A stretch of DNA of 64,000 nt, taken from the NCBI GenBank assembly GCA_017656135.1, contig JACDOJ010000006.1, forward strand, positions 6,776 to 70,775, in the 5' to 3' direction. A model generated the notes under the pieces. It saw only the letters and a list, made by a program, of their open reading frames with translations, ran no database searches and was not told the DNA's origin. The position numbers and the translations under genes are program-made. This document shows positions 1 to 8,881 of this stretch, piece after piece (position 1 is the first letter of the stretch; each line of letters begins with the position of its first letter). The DNA comes from Bacillota bacterium. GTDB lineage: Bacteria; Bacillota; UBA5301.

Positions 1-802
1 TGGCCTCAGCCAGAAGATCCAGGTCCTGCTCTGATAAGTGAACTCCATGGGCCGCTAAGAGGGGCAGTTCCAGAAGGCCGGTTTCAGCCAGAATCTCTGT
101 AGGAGTTTTGCCGTACCGGTCCAGGACAGTCTGGTTCTCCACCTTGGTTTCCGAGAGGTGGATATGGATAGGCAGGCCCAATTCACCTGCGGCTTCGGCA
201 GCCTTTTTCAACAGCCCCGGCGTACAGGTGTAGGTTCCGTGGGGAGCGATGGTAAAAGTCACTCGTCCTTGAGCGGCACCGTTGTACTCTCGGCTGAAGG
301 AGAGGGCCTCGTTGAAGGATGCCCGGCCTGACTCCTCATCGCCGACAAAACCCCGGGCCAGACAGGCGCGGATCCCTGACTCCTCCACCGCCTGGACCAT
401 CTGGGGAATGCCCATGTACATATCGAAGAAACACGTAGTCCCTGAAAGCAGCATTTCGGCGATAGCCAGCAGGCTGCCCCAGTAGTAGTCATCATCCTCC
501 AACCTGTCCTCGGCCGGAAAGATTTTCTCTTCCAGCCATCTCTCCAAAGGCAGGTCTTCACCTAAACCCCGCAAAAGGGTCATTGGAGCGTGGGTGTGAA
601 GGTTGATGAAACCCGGCAAGAGCACTTTGCCTTTCCCGTCGATAACTTCATCTGCAACGAGGTCAGGCGGTACCTCACCGGAGGCCACCGCGACAATCTT
701 GGTTCCCTCAACCAGAACATACCCCTGCTCAATCAAGTCCCAATCCTGATCGGAACCGGGTTTTGGCGATAAAATGACGATATTTTTAAAGAGCGTACCC
801 AT
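1..802 (-). CDS. mtaD: MTA/SAH/5'-deoxyadenosine deaminase (amidohydrolase), 3' end runs off the window
   Basis: Missing from the ORF track. ATG at 800-802 overlaps the ahcY stop (TGATG). Manual translation gives MGTLFKNIVI...LPGFINLHTHAPMTLLRG and GRVTFTIAPHGTYTC, i.e. the amidohydrolase HxH metal motif and MtaD-like segments. Confidence 0.88.
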   Translation of the reverse strand, partial: MGTLFKNIVILSPKPGSDQDWDLIEQGYVLVEGTKIVAVASGEVPPDLVADEVIDGKGKVLLPGFINLHTHAPMTLLRGLGEDLPLERWLEEKIFPAEDRLEDDDYYWGSLLAIAEMLLSGTTCFFDMYMGIPQMVQAVEESGIRACLARGFVGDEESGRASFNEALSFSREYNGAAQGRVTFTIAPHGTYTCTPGLLKKAAEAAGELGLPIHIHLSETKVENQTVLDRYGKTPTEILAETGLLELPLLAAHGVHLSEQDLDLLAEA

Positions 803-2049
803 CAGTCCACCTGCCAACTGTTCACGTATTGCTCCTGTTCTGGGCTGAGCTCATCGATGGTGATGCCTAGGGAAGCCAACTTCACCTTGGCTACCTCGTT
901 GTCAATGCTCTCCGGAACCCTGTGCACCTTCGGCCCCAGTTCGGTGGAGTGCTCCATAACGTACTTGATGGCCAGGGCCTGAATGGCAAAACTCATATCC
1001 ATGATCTCCACCGGATGCCCGTCCCCGCAGGCCAGGTTAACCAGGCGTCCCTCACCCAGCACATTGATCCTCCGACCGTCATGGAGCGTGTACTGTTCAA
1101 TACCGGGACGAACCTCTTTGTGGGAAACCGAGAGCTCCTCCAAGTCGTTTAGGTTGATCTCCACATTGAAGTGCCCGGCGTTGGAGAGGATCGCACCATC
1201 TTTCATCACCTTGAAGTGCTCAGCCGTGATGATGTCCTTGCAGCCGGTGGTGGTAACGAAGATATCACCCCTAGTGGCCGCCTCATCCATAGGCAAAACC
1301 TCATACCCGTCGCAGTAGGCCTCCAGAGCCTTGACGGCATCTACTTCCGTGATGATGACCTTGGCTCCTAGGCCTTTGGCCCGCATGGCCACACCCCGGC
1401 CGCACCAGCCATATCCGCTCACGATCACGGTTTTGCCGGCCACCAGTAGGTTGGTTGTCCGCATGATGCCGTCCCAGACAGACTGTCCGGTGCCGTAGCG
1501 GTTATCAAAAAGGTGCTTGCAGTAGGCGTCATTCACGGCCATCATCGGGAAACGCAAAACCCCGTCCTTTTCCATAGCTCGGAGCCGGATGATGCCGGTG
1601 GTGGTTTCTTCACAGCCACCAAGGACCCCATCAGCCAGGTCCTTCCTTTCGGTGTGCAGCAGGTTGACCAGATCACCGCCGTCGTCGATGATCAGGTCAG
1701 GACCGAAATCCAAGGTCCGGTTGAGGTGCTCGAAATACTCGTCCTTGGTTGCTCCATGCCAAGCAAAGACCTGAAGTCCCTCTTCGGCCAAGGCGGCAGC
1801 GATGGCATCCTGGGTAGAGAGGGGGTTACTGCCGGTCACCGCCACTTGGGCACCGGCTGCTGCCAAGGTTTTGGCAAGGCAGGCCGTTTTCGCCTCTAAG
1901 TGTACGGAGACGGCAATCTTTTTGCCTTTGAAGACTTGCTTTGCACTGAATTCTTTAGATAGAGAGTTAAGAATGGGCATGTTCTGCCAAGCCCACTCGA
2001 TTTTCTGTTTTCCTAACGGTGCTAGACCTGGGTCTCTGATAATTGACAT
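802..2049 (-). CDS. ahcY: Adenosylhomocysteinase family (short archaeal-type; possibly S-inosylhomocysteine hydrolase)
   Basis: Motifs SNPLSTQD, EETTTG, DNRYGTGQS, GYGWCGRG, GRLVNL, GHP.EIMDMSF; specificity segment HLEAKT. Confidence 0.95.
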   Translation of the reverse strand: MSIIRDPGLAPLGKQKIEWAWQNMPILNSLSKEFSAKQVFKGKKIAVSVHLEAKTACLAKTLAAAGAQVAVTGSNPLSTQDAIAAALAEEGLQVFAWHGATKDEYFEHLNRTLDFGPDLIIDDGGDLVNLLHTERKDLADGVLGGCEETTTGIIRLRAMEKDGVLRFPMMAVNDAYCKHLFDNRYGTGQSVWDGIMRTTNLLVAGKTVIVSGYGWCGRGVAMRAKGLGAKVIITEVDAVKALEAYCDGYEVLPMDEAATRGDIFVTTTGCKDIITAEHFKVMKDGAILSNAGHFNVEINLNDLEELSVSHKEVRPGIEQYTLHDGRRINVLGEGRLVNLACGDGHPVEIMDMSFAIQALAIKYVMEHSTELGPKVHRVPESIDNEVAKVKLASLGITIDELSPEQEQYVNSWQVD

Positions 2050-2080
2050 CTTTCGCCATCCTTCCCGGAAATCTATCTGT

Positions 2081-3130
2081 CTATTTCTTCAGTGCTTCGG
2101 CTATGCTTTCAGTGAATGGTGGTTTCAGTACTCCGACCTCGGTGATGATTCCGGCGATATACCTGTGTGGAGTGACGTCAAAGGCAGGGTTGATGACGTC
2201 AATACCCGTCGGGGCCACCTGAGTCCCGAAGACGTGGGTCACTTCGCTGTGGTGCCGCTCCTCGATGGGGATTTCCTCCCCCGTGGCCAGTGAAGCATCG
2301 ATGGTGGAGCGGGGAGCGGCAACGTAGAAAGGAATCCCGTGCTCCTTAGCGAGGATGGCCACGCCGTAAGTGCCGATCTTATTAGCGGTATCGCCGTTGG
2401 CCGCAATCCGGTCTGCTCCGGTGATAACCAGGTCGACCAGGCCCTGCTGCATGGCGTAAGCAGCCATGTTATCTGTAATCAAGGTGACCGGAATCCCATC
2501 CTGTTGGAGTTCCCAAGCGGTGAGCCTGGCCCCCTGCAGGAAGGGCCTGGTCTCATCGGCGTAAACGTGAATGTCTTTACCCTGCTCATGGGCAACCCGG
2601 ATAACCGCCAGAGCGGTTCCGTAGTCGACAGTAGCCAGGGCCCCGGCGTTACAGTGGGTCAAGATCCCGGCCTTCTCCGGCACCAAGGCGGCACCGTACT
2701 CACCTATCTTGCGGTTGGTGGCCACATCCTCATCGGCGATGGCTTTAGCTTCCTCTTCCAGACGCTCTTTCAGTTGCTCCGGCTTCAAGTCCCTATTGGC
2801 CTGGTATAACCGGTTCATTCTGTCCAGAGCCCAGAAGAGGTTTACAGCCGTGGGTCTGGTTTGGGCCAGGGTTTCCCTGACCTCCTTCAAGTACTCCGGT
2901 AACTCAGAGCGATCTCTCTCTTCCTCGACAAACTGGTACATGGCAAGGGCCACGCCATAGGCCGCAGCTGCTCCAATGGCCGGCGCCCCGCGGACGATCA
3001 TGTCCTTGATGGCCCTGGCCACCTCAGAGTAAGTGCGGCAGACGACTACCTCTTCTACCACCGGGAGCTTGCGCTGATCGATTAGGTGCAGCTCACCGGG
3101 GCGCCACTCCATGGTTTTAATTCTAGCCAA
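2081..3130 (-). CDS. mtnA: S-methyl-5-thioribose-1-phosphate isomerase
   Basis: [54 protein letters not shown] start at 3130 chosen behind AAGGAGG. Confidence 0.95.
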   Translation of the reverse strand: MARIKTMEWRPGELHLIDQRKLPVVEEVVVCRTYSEVARAIKDMIVRGAPAIGAAAAYGVALAMYQFVEEERDRSELPEYLKEVRETLAQTRPTAVNLFWALDRMNRLYQANRDLKPEQLKERLEEEAKAIADEDVATNRKIGEYGAALVPEKAGILTHCNAGALATVDYGTALAVIRVAHEQGKDIHVYADETRPFLQGARLTAWELQQDGIPVTLITDNMAAYAMQQGLVDLVITGADRIAANGDTANKIGTYGVAILAKEHGIPFYVAAPRSTIDASLATGEEIPIEERHHSEVTHVFGTQVAPTGIDVINPAFDVTPHRYIAGIITEVGVLKPPFTESIAEALKK

Positions 3131-3150
3131 AAACCTTACCTCCTTGGGTC

Positions 3151-3936
3151 TCAAAACTGGTTTAATTCCCTGGTCGCATGGTGACAGGGGCAGTCTGGGT
3201 CCTCAGTGAGGGCTGTGATGCTTTTCATCAAGAGGCGGCGCAATTTGGCGATATTGGCGTTCATGATCTCCACCACCTCTTTGTGAGTCAAGGGGTGAGG
3301 CGAAATGCCGGCAGCCCAGTTAGTGACGAGAGCCACTGAAACGTAGCAGAGACCGGCTTCCCGAGCCAGCACCACTTCCGGGACGTTGGTCATCCCCACC
3401 AAGTCTCCGCCGAGAACGCTGAAGGCCTTGATTTCAGCTGGGGTCTCGTAGCGTGGGCCCTCGGTGCATACATAAGTCCCTTTCGGAATCAGGTTGATTC
3501 CTTCCTCTTTGGCTGCTGCAAGCAGGACCTCCCGGACCCGGGGGCAATAAGGCTCAGAGTAGTCCACGTGGACAACCCCGGCCGGACCGCCATCGTAAAA
3601 AGTATAGACTCTGTTTTTAGTGAAATCCAGGAACTGGTCTAGGAGCACCATCTCCCCTGGGGGCATCTCTTTGTTGAGGGAGCCTACCGCAGAAGTGGAA
3701 ATGACCTCAGTGACATCGAGCATCTTCAGTCCCCAAATATTGGCCCGATAGTTGATCTTGTGCGGGGGAACCTTGTGGCCGGCTCCGTGCCGGGGCAGGA
3801 AGACAACTTCTTTCTCCCCGAACTTACCCAGGGTCACTTTGATGGTGCCGTAAGGAGTGACCACTTCTTCTTCGGAAATGTCACTTAAAATCTCCGGGTC
3901 ATAGACCCCGGTACCGCCGATAATGCCGATTCGCAT
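3151..3936 (-). CDS. mtnP: Methylthioadenosine/methylthioinosine phosphorylase
   Basis: [43 protein letters not shown]; C-terminal TNWAAG suggests 6-oxopurine preference. Confidence 0.92.
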   Translation of the reverse strand: MRIGIIGGTGVYDPEILSDISEEEVVTPYGTIKVTLGKFGEKEVVFLPRHGAGHKVPPHKINYRANIWGLKMLDVTEVISTSAVGSLNKEMPPGEMVLLDQFLDFTKNRVYTFYDGGPAGVVHVDYSEPYCPRVREVLLAAAKEEGINLIPKGTYVCTEGPRYETPAEIKAFSVLGGDLVGMTNVPEVVLAREAGLCYVSVALVTNWAAGISPHPLTHKEVVEIMNANIAKLRRLLMKSITALTEDPDCPCHHATRELNQF

Positions 3937-3951
3937 AGAGCTACCTCCCAG

Positions 3952-4917
3952 TTACAACTTTAGTTTCCCGTCTTCCATGATCACTACGCCGTCAATTTCA
4001 ATGGTGGCATCGAGCATAATGCCGTCCAAGTGGCTGGGAACAGCTGTGTTCCCGCCGAAAGTCTTGTTGTCACCGATGGCGATGTGAGCGGTGCCTAGGA
4101 CCTTCTCATCCTCCAAGGGGCTGCCACAGAGCTGGGCCTGATCGTTGATTCCGATGCCCAGTTCGGCGATGTTGCGGGCGGCTTTGCCGAAGGGTTTGAT
4201 AATCTCGACAATGCGCCGGGCCGCCTCTCCACCGGTGATATCGGTGACATAGCCTTCCTTGACGTTGAAGGTAATCTTTTCGTTTTCCAAAACTCCTGCC
4301 CCAGACATGGAGCCATCCACTACGAAGATACCGTTGGCAGTGCCTTCCACCGGAGCGATGAAGGCTTCACCGGCTGGAAAGTTGCTGAAAAGCCCCGGTT
4401 CCCTAACCAAACCGGTATCAGGATGACCCTTCCGCCCTTCTAAACTCATAGTGATATCAGTACCGGCCGGGGTGGTCACCCGAGCGGTCTTGCCCTTGGT
4501 TAGGATATCCGCCAACTGCACACCGATTTCAGCGATGTGCTCGTAGTTGGCCTGAACCGCCCGTTCCAAGGTTTCCGGCAAGATTCCAGGCAGGGTGAAG
4601 ATCCGGGCCCCAGCCTCGTTGGCGGCCTTCCGGGCTGCCGTGTGGGAGAGGGACTTGCTGGTGGGGGCCAGTACCACCGCCGCCTTTTTCATGGCTTCAG
4701 CCACCATCTCCGGCGGCTCTTGACCGTGGGTGGCCCGGGGAATAATCTCTATAATGCTGGCATCGGCCCCCAAGTCTTTGGCTGCTCGCCAGAGCAGTTC
4801 CCCGATCTCACGCAGGGGCTCGTCTGTGACAACCAGCACCTCTTCTCCCTCCTTGACCCCAAGACAGGTCTCGAGAATCCGGGCAGCATCTCCCCGGAGT
4901 CGGCTTAAATCTTTCAT
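3952..4917 (-). CDS. Aminopeptidase, M29/aminopeptidase T-like
   Basis: NFPAGEAF, AELGIG, EDEK.LGTAHIAIG and HLDG metal-ligand motifs. Confidence 0.8.
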   Translation of the reverse strand: MKDLSRLRGDAARILETCLGVKEGEEVLVVTDEPLREIGELLWRAAKDLGADASIIEIIPRATHGQEPPEMVAEAMKKAAVVLAPTSKSLSHTAARKAANEAGARIFTLPGILPETLERAVQANYEHIAEIGVQLADILTKGKTARVTTPAGTDITMSLEGRKGHPDTGLVREPGLFSNFPAGEAFIAPVEGTANGIFVVDGSMSGAGVLENEKITFNVKEGYVTDITGGEAARRIVEIIKPFGKAARNIAELGIGINDQAQLCGSPLEDEKVLGTAHIAIGDNKTFGGNTAVPSHLDGIMLDATIEIDGVVIMEDGKLKL

Positions 4918-4922
4918 CCTAA

Positions 4923-6101
4923 CTACCCCTCTCTGATTAATTCTGCTACTAACTCCGCTATATCCAAAACCCTAACTGGGGACTTGCGGTCCTGTAGGCC
5001 CAAGGTGAAGACCTGGCGGCACTCGGCACAGGCGGTGACCAGAGTGTCGATGCCGCTCTCCTCGATCTGGTCCAACCGGGGCTGGCTGATCTTGTTGGCC
5101 AGTTTCTGGTCGACCATGTACAGGTTTCCCCCGGCACCGCAGCACAAGCTGTCCTGGTGGTGATTGGCAAGTTCTACAAACTCAAGTTCGGGAATGGCCC
5201 GTAAAATCCTGCGAGGAGCTTCGTAGATACCCAGGTGCCGGCCTAAATCACAGGAGTCGTGATAGCTGACTCGCCGGGGATAAGGTTTCAAGTCCAAACC
5301 ACCCTGGTCCACCAGATCAGCCAAGTACTCCGTGTAGTGGAGCAGCCTGAAAGGTAGCTGGCCCTTATTATACCTGGGGTATTCCTCCAGCCAGGTGCTC
5401 TGGCACGAGGGACAGATAAAGACCAGTTTATCCACACCCAGCTCCCGAACCTTGGAGATGTTGTTTTCCGCCAAAATCTCAGCGGTTGCCAAGTCCCCTG
5501 CAGTGGTCAGAGGGTTTCCGCAGCAGTGTTCATCGGCACCTAAGAAGTAGGCCTTGACCCCCGCCTTCAAAAAGACATTGGCCAGAGCCAGGGGGATTCC
5601 GGAAACTAAAGGATAAAAAGAAGCCACACACCCTACAAACACGGCGATATCGGGGTTTTCCGGCTTGAGCACCTTCGGATAGCCTTGCAGGGGCATAGCC
5701 CAGAAGCTGCGGTTTTCATTGGCCAGGGAAAAGATGTTTTTGTTCCTTTTGACCCGTTCTCGGGTGGACCTGAGACTGGCAGGTTCATAGCCCTTTTTGC
5801 CCAGGTGGTGTTTAACCCCCTGCCAGAGATTCATCAAATCCAAGTGAGTCGGACAGACTTGTGTGCAGCGGCGACAGTTAGTGCACTGCCAGAAGCGCTG
5901 GGAAAACTCCTCAGGCAAGTTGGCCAGAGGAGGATAGGTGCTTAACAAGTTCTGCAGCTGGTAGACCTTGTTGCGGGGAGAGGTGCTCTCCCAACCCAAT
6001 GCTCGGTAAACCGGGCAGACCCGGCGACAGTACCCGCATTGAATGCAGGAGAAGGCTTCACTATGTAATTTGCCGAAAGAAAAATCCTTCTCGACCCCCA
6101 T
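4923..6101 (-). CDS. Fe-S protein with two 4Fe-4S and two CCG domains (GlcF/GlpC/HdrD-like)
   Basis: CIQCGYCRRVCP, CTNCRRCTQVCP, GC..., CCG, CPSC, HDSCDLGR, CCGAGG, CAEC. Confidence 0.9.
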   Translation of the reverse strand: MGVEKDFSFGKLHSEAFSCIQCGYCRRVCPVYRALGWESTSPRNKVYQLQNLLSTYPPLANLPEEFSQRFWQCTNCRRCTQVCPTHLDLMNLWQGVKHHLGKKGYEPASLRSTRERVKRNKNIFSLANENRSFWAMPLQGYPKVLKPENPDIAVFVGCVASFYPLVSGIPLALANVFLKAGVKAYFLGADEHCCGNPLTTAGDLATAEILAENNISKVRELGVDKLVFICPSCQSTWLEEYPRYNKGQLPFRLLHYTEYLADLVDQGGLDLKPYPRRVSYHDSCDLGRHLGIYEAPRRILRAIPELEFVELANHHQDSLCCGAGGNLYMVDQKLANKISQPRLDQIEESGIDTLVTACAECRQVFTLGLQDRKSPVRVLDIAELVAELIREG

Positions 6102-7556
6102 TTAACTCTCCACTCTTCCTAGGCGCTGCAAAATTTTCCTAAAAATTCGCAGAGCCGTCATGGAGGCCCCAAAAAGCCTGGGCTTTAAGACGACAGGCGG
6201 ATTATGGGCTTTGCCGGGGTTAATGATCCCGCTGGGATCCAGGCGCTCTTTACGCTCTCTGATTTTCCGCCGCTCACTGGCTGAATAAGCGTATTTCAGA
6301 TACGGGGTGTTCCAAAGACCGATCCCCAGGGGTTTGGCCCCAAACTTAAAGGCTGTCCGATAGATGGAGTTGACCAGTGAAAGGTCCAAAAGGTACTGAA
6401 CTGTCCTGGCCTCATCGGTCCAAAACATGGTGGTCACATAGGCCTCCTGACGGCTGGTGACGTACCCGAAGGTGATCATAGGCTTCTGAGAACCGGTGGC
6501 CAGGGCACCAATCCCCTCTACATAGGAGCTGATTTTATTTAACGGCATCAGGGTTTCGGCCCCTAAAAGAGATGGACCTGTCCTCTGGAGCCGGAAATTG
6601 TAGAAGCGGTCAGCCCAAAACTTCTCCGCCTGCCACTTGGGGAGCTGGTGAAGTTCGTGTTCCAGTTTGAGCCACCTCACTCGCTGCACGCCCTGTTCCA
6701 CCTGGTCGGCATCGCCGAAGAAATCAACGGCCAAAAACGTCCCGGGCAAAATAGCATCCCAGTTGATGCGCCTGATCGGCTGCCCACCCAGGGTGGCCGA
6801 GACGAAGGTGAGGTTGTAGGGCAGAAAGGGACCGTCTATAGTCTTCAAGAGAAACCGCTGCAGTTCACCGATATTGGAAAAGCCAAAAGCCATATGGGCT
6901 TCCGAGGTCGGTTTCGGCTCCAGTTTCAGCTCTAAAGAAGTCACCACTCCTAAAGTACCTTCGGAGCCAAAGAACCACTGAATCGGTGGATCGCTCTGGT
7001 GGGTGCACTGGACAATCTCGCCGCCGGCCAAGACCACTTCCAGCCTCTCTACCTGGTTTAGCAAGGAGCCGTGCTGGAGAGAGCCGTAGCCTCGGCCGCC
7101 GTTGTTAAACCAGCCCCCGATAGTTCCCACCGGAGCGCTGGAGGGAAAGGTCGCCAAAGAGAGACCTCGCTTTTTGGCTTCCTCCTGCAGTTCGTAGATG
7201 ATGGTTCCGGCCCCTACTTGAACACTGGGTCTCTCTAAGTTCCAGGGGCCAATGGTATTGAGGCAATTGAGATCCAAGAGCACCCCGCCTTTGGCAGGCA
7301 CGCTCTGAAAAAGAGAGGTGGAACCGGCACCCCTGGGAGTCACCGGAACCCGGTGCTCTGCCGCCCACTTCAGCAAGGCTGCAACCTGCTGTACATTCCG
7401 GGGCAAGACAACCAAATCAGGCAGGGTCTTGAGCCAGTCGCTGGTCAGAAAGCCATCCAATGAAGACATATCGTGGGTGTAGGCCAACCGTTCGTAGTGG
7501 GAATCGGTGGCAACCTTTTTTAATTCCGGAGGTAAACTGGCCATTAACTCGGACAC
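6102..7556 (-). CDS. FAD-linked oxidoreductase (GlcD/VAO-like fold), atypical C-terminus
   Basis: VPVTPRGAGS, PSSA..GTIGG, GSEGTLGVVT, LDPSGIINPGK. GTG start at 7556 just after the gcvH-like stop. Confidence 0.85.
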   Translation of the reverse strand: MSELMASLPPELKKVATDSHYERLAYTHDMSSLDGFLTSDWLKTLPDLVVLPRNVQQVAALLKWAAEHRVPVTPRGAGSTSLFQSVPAKGGVLLDLNCLNTIGPWNLERPSVQVGAGTIIYELQEEAKKRGLSLATFPSSAPVGTIGGWFNNGGRGYGSLQHGSLLNQVERLEVVLAGGEIVQCTHQSDPPIQWFFGSEGTLGVVTSLELKLEPKPTSEAHMAFGFSNIGELQRFLLKTIDGPFLPYNLTFVSATLGGQPIRRINWDAILPGTFLAVDFFGDADQVEQGVQRVRWLKLEHELHQLPKWQAEKFWADRFYNFRLQRTGPSLLGAETLMPLNKISSYVEGIGALATGSQKPMITFGYVTSRQEAYVTTMFWTDEARTVQYLLDLSLVNSIYRTAFKFGAKPLGIGLWNTPYLKYAYSASERRKIRERKERLDPSGIINPGKAHNPPVVLKPRLFGASMTALRIFRKILQRLGRVES

Positions 7557-7560
7557 TGTA

Positions 7561-7989
7561 TCACCCGCTGTGCCGCTCAATTTCCCTCTCCAACCAGTCC
7601 ACAGCGTCTTTCCCGTAATAAAGCCGTTTGAGCGCCTCATCAACCGGCTCCGAGGGTTCAATCACCACCACCCAACCCTCCCCGTAAGGATCCTCATTGA
7701 CCAAGGCCGGATACTCGGTAAGCTGGTCGTTGACCTCCACCACTACACCGGAAGCGGCAGGTTTGATCCAACCCACCCATTTGGCGGACTGAAAAGAGAA
7801 GACCGGAGTGGTCAACTCAGTACGCTGGCCTTTATCCGGCAGTTTAACAAAGGTAAGTTTTCCAGCCATCTTCTGGGTAAAATCAGTCAGGCCCATCTGA
7901 AGACGCCCGTCCGACAGTAACCTGACCCAGGCATGGTCAGAGGTGTAATACAGGTCATCCGGAACTGAATACCCTTGGACCTCTGACAT
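7561..7989 (-). CDS. Glycine cleavage H-like / LbpA-like lipoyl carrier protein
   Basis: PDDLYY..HAWV, GLTDF.Q, lipoyl-lysine segment QSAKWVG, SGVVVEVN, NEDPYGEGW. Confidence 0.88.
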   Translation of the reverse strand: MSEVQGYSVPDDLYYTSDHAWVRLLSDGRLQMGLTDFTQKMAGKLTFVKLPDKGQRTELTTPVFSFQSAKWVGWIKPAASGVVVEVNDQLTEYPALVNEDPYGEGWVVVIEPSEPVDEALKRLYYGKDAVDWLEREIERHSG

Positions 7990-7991
7990 TC

Positions 7992-8879
7992 TCAATCACC
8001 CTTCTCCATATAATTCTCGGTATACTTACCTTTAATCCGAACGCCAACTACATCCCACGTCAAACCCGCCTTTTGAATGGGGAGATAGTCCACGTTAACC
8101 GACTCTGCTACCTTAAAACTTGCAGGCCTGCGGCGTTTACTCCGACCATACTCCATCAAGCGGGACGGGTCCAGATACACTGGTTTCAGCTCTTGCATCT
8201 TCTTTTCCAGGCTAGGATCGACTTCGGTCCTGCACAACGGGCCTAACACGCCGGCCAGCTGCTCCTCTAGAGCCTGGCAGACCTCACTGTACTCTGAAGA
8301 CAACCTGGAAAGCCAGCCCACATAGGTTTGAACTTTGCTGGAAACCACCTGTTTCTGCAGGGGGGAGTCGAATTTAAGTCCGGCCAGAAACCCAGCGGTA
8401 TCAAAATGGGTCAGAACGTTTCCGGAAAGAACCACTGTTTCCCCAATCTCTCCAGCACCGTTGCCGGATATCTTCCGTCCACCCGCCCAGATGTCGGCCA
8501 CCGGCACGTAGGTTGCGGGAATACCCAGTCCCCGCAAGGCAGCTGCAACAGGCTCCAGGAACTGACCGTAAAACTTAGGGCGGTTCAGGGTGAAGAGGGG
8601 ACTCGTTTTTGGCAAAACAATCTGGTAGAAAAACTGCCCCGGGTGCAGGTAAACTAAACCGCCACCTAAATCCCGGCGCATAACCGGAATCCCCTGCTCC
8701 GTAAGATAAGCCAAATCCAAGAGCTCCACCGAATCATGGTAGCCCAGACAGTAAAAAGGACGGTCCGGCTCACAAAAAACCAGGGCCCTACGGCCCAAGT
8801 CTGCTAAAGCGGCGTAGATTACCTGCGTCTGCCACCAAGGGATTCTCCCCAAGTCATACAGGAGAAACTCCTCTCCCAT
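7992..8879 (-). CDS. Lipoate-protein ligase/transferase family (sLpl(AB)-like catalytic domain)
   Basis: LGYH, RRDLGGGLVYL...QFFYQ, GRKISGNGAG. ATG at 8879 directly after the aminotransferase stop. Confidence 0.82.
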   Translation of the reverse strand: MGEEFLLYDLGRIPWWQTQVIYAALADLGRRALVFCEPDRPFYCLGYHDSVELLDLAYLTEQGIPVMRRDLGGGLVYLHPGQFFYQIVLPKTSPLFTLNRPKFYGQFLEPVAAALRGLGIPATYVPVADIWAGGRKISGNGAGEIGETVVLSGNVLTHFDTAGFLAGLKFDSPLQKQVVSSKVQTYVGWLSRLSSEYSEVCQALEEQLAGVLGPLCRTEVDPSLEKKMQELKPVYLDPSRLMEYGRSKRRRPASFKVAESVNVDYLPIQKAGLTWDVVGVRIKGKYTENYMEKGD

Positions 8880-8881
8880 GG

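Noticed and set aside
259-561. 100-aa minus-strand ORF in the track
   Set aside because: Alternative frame inside mtaD, whose true frame is open from 802 to the window edge where checked.
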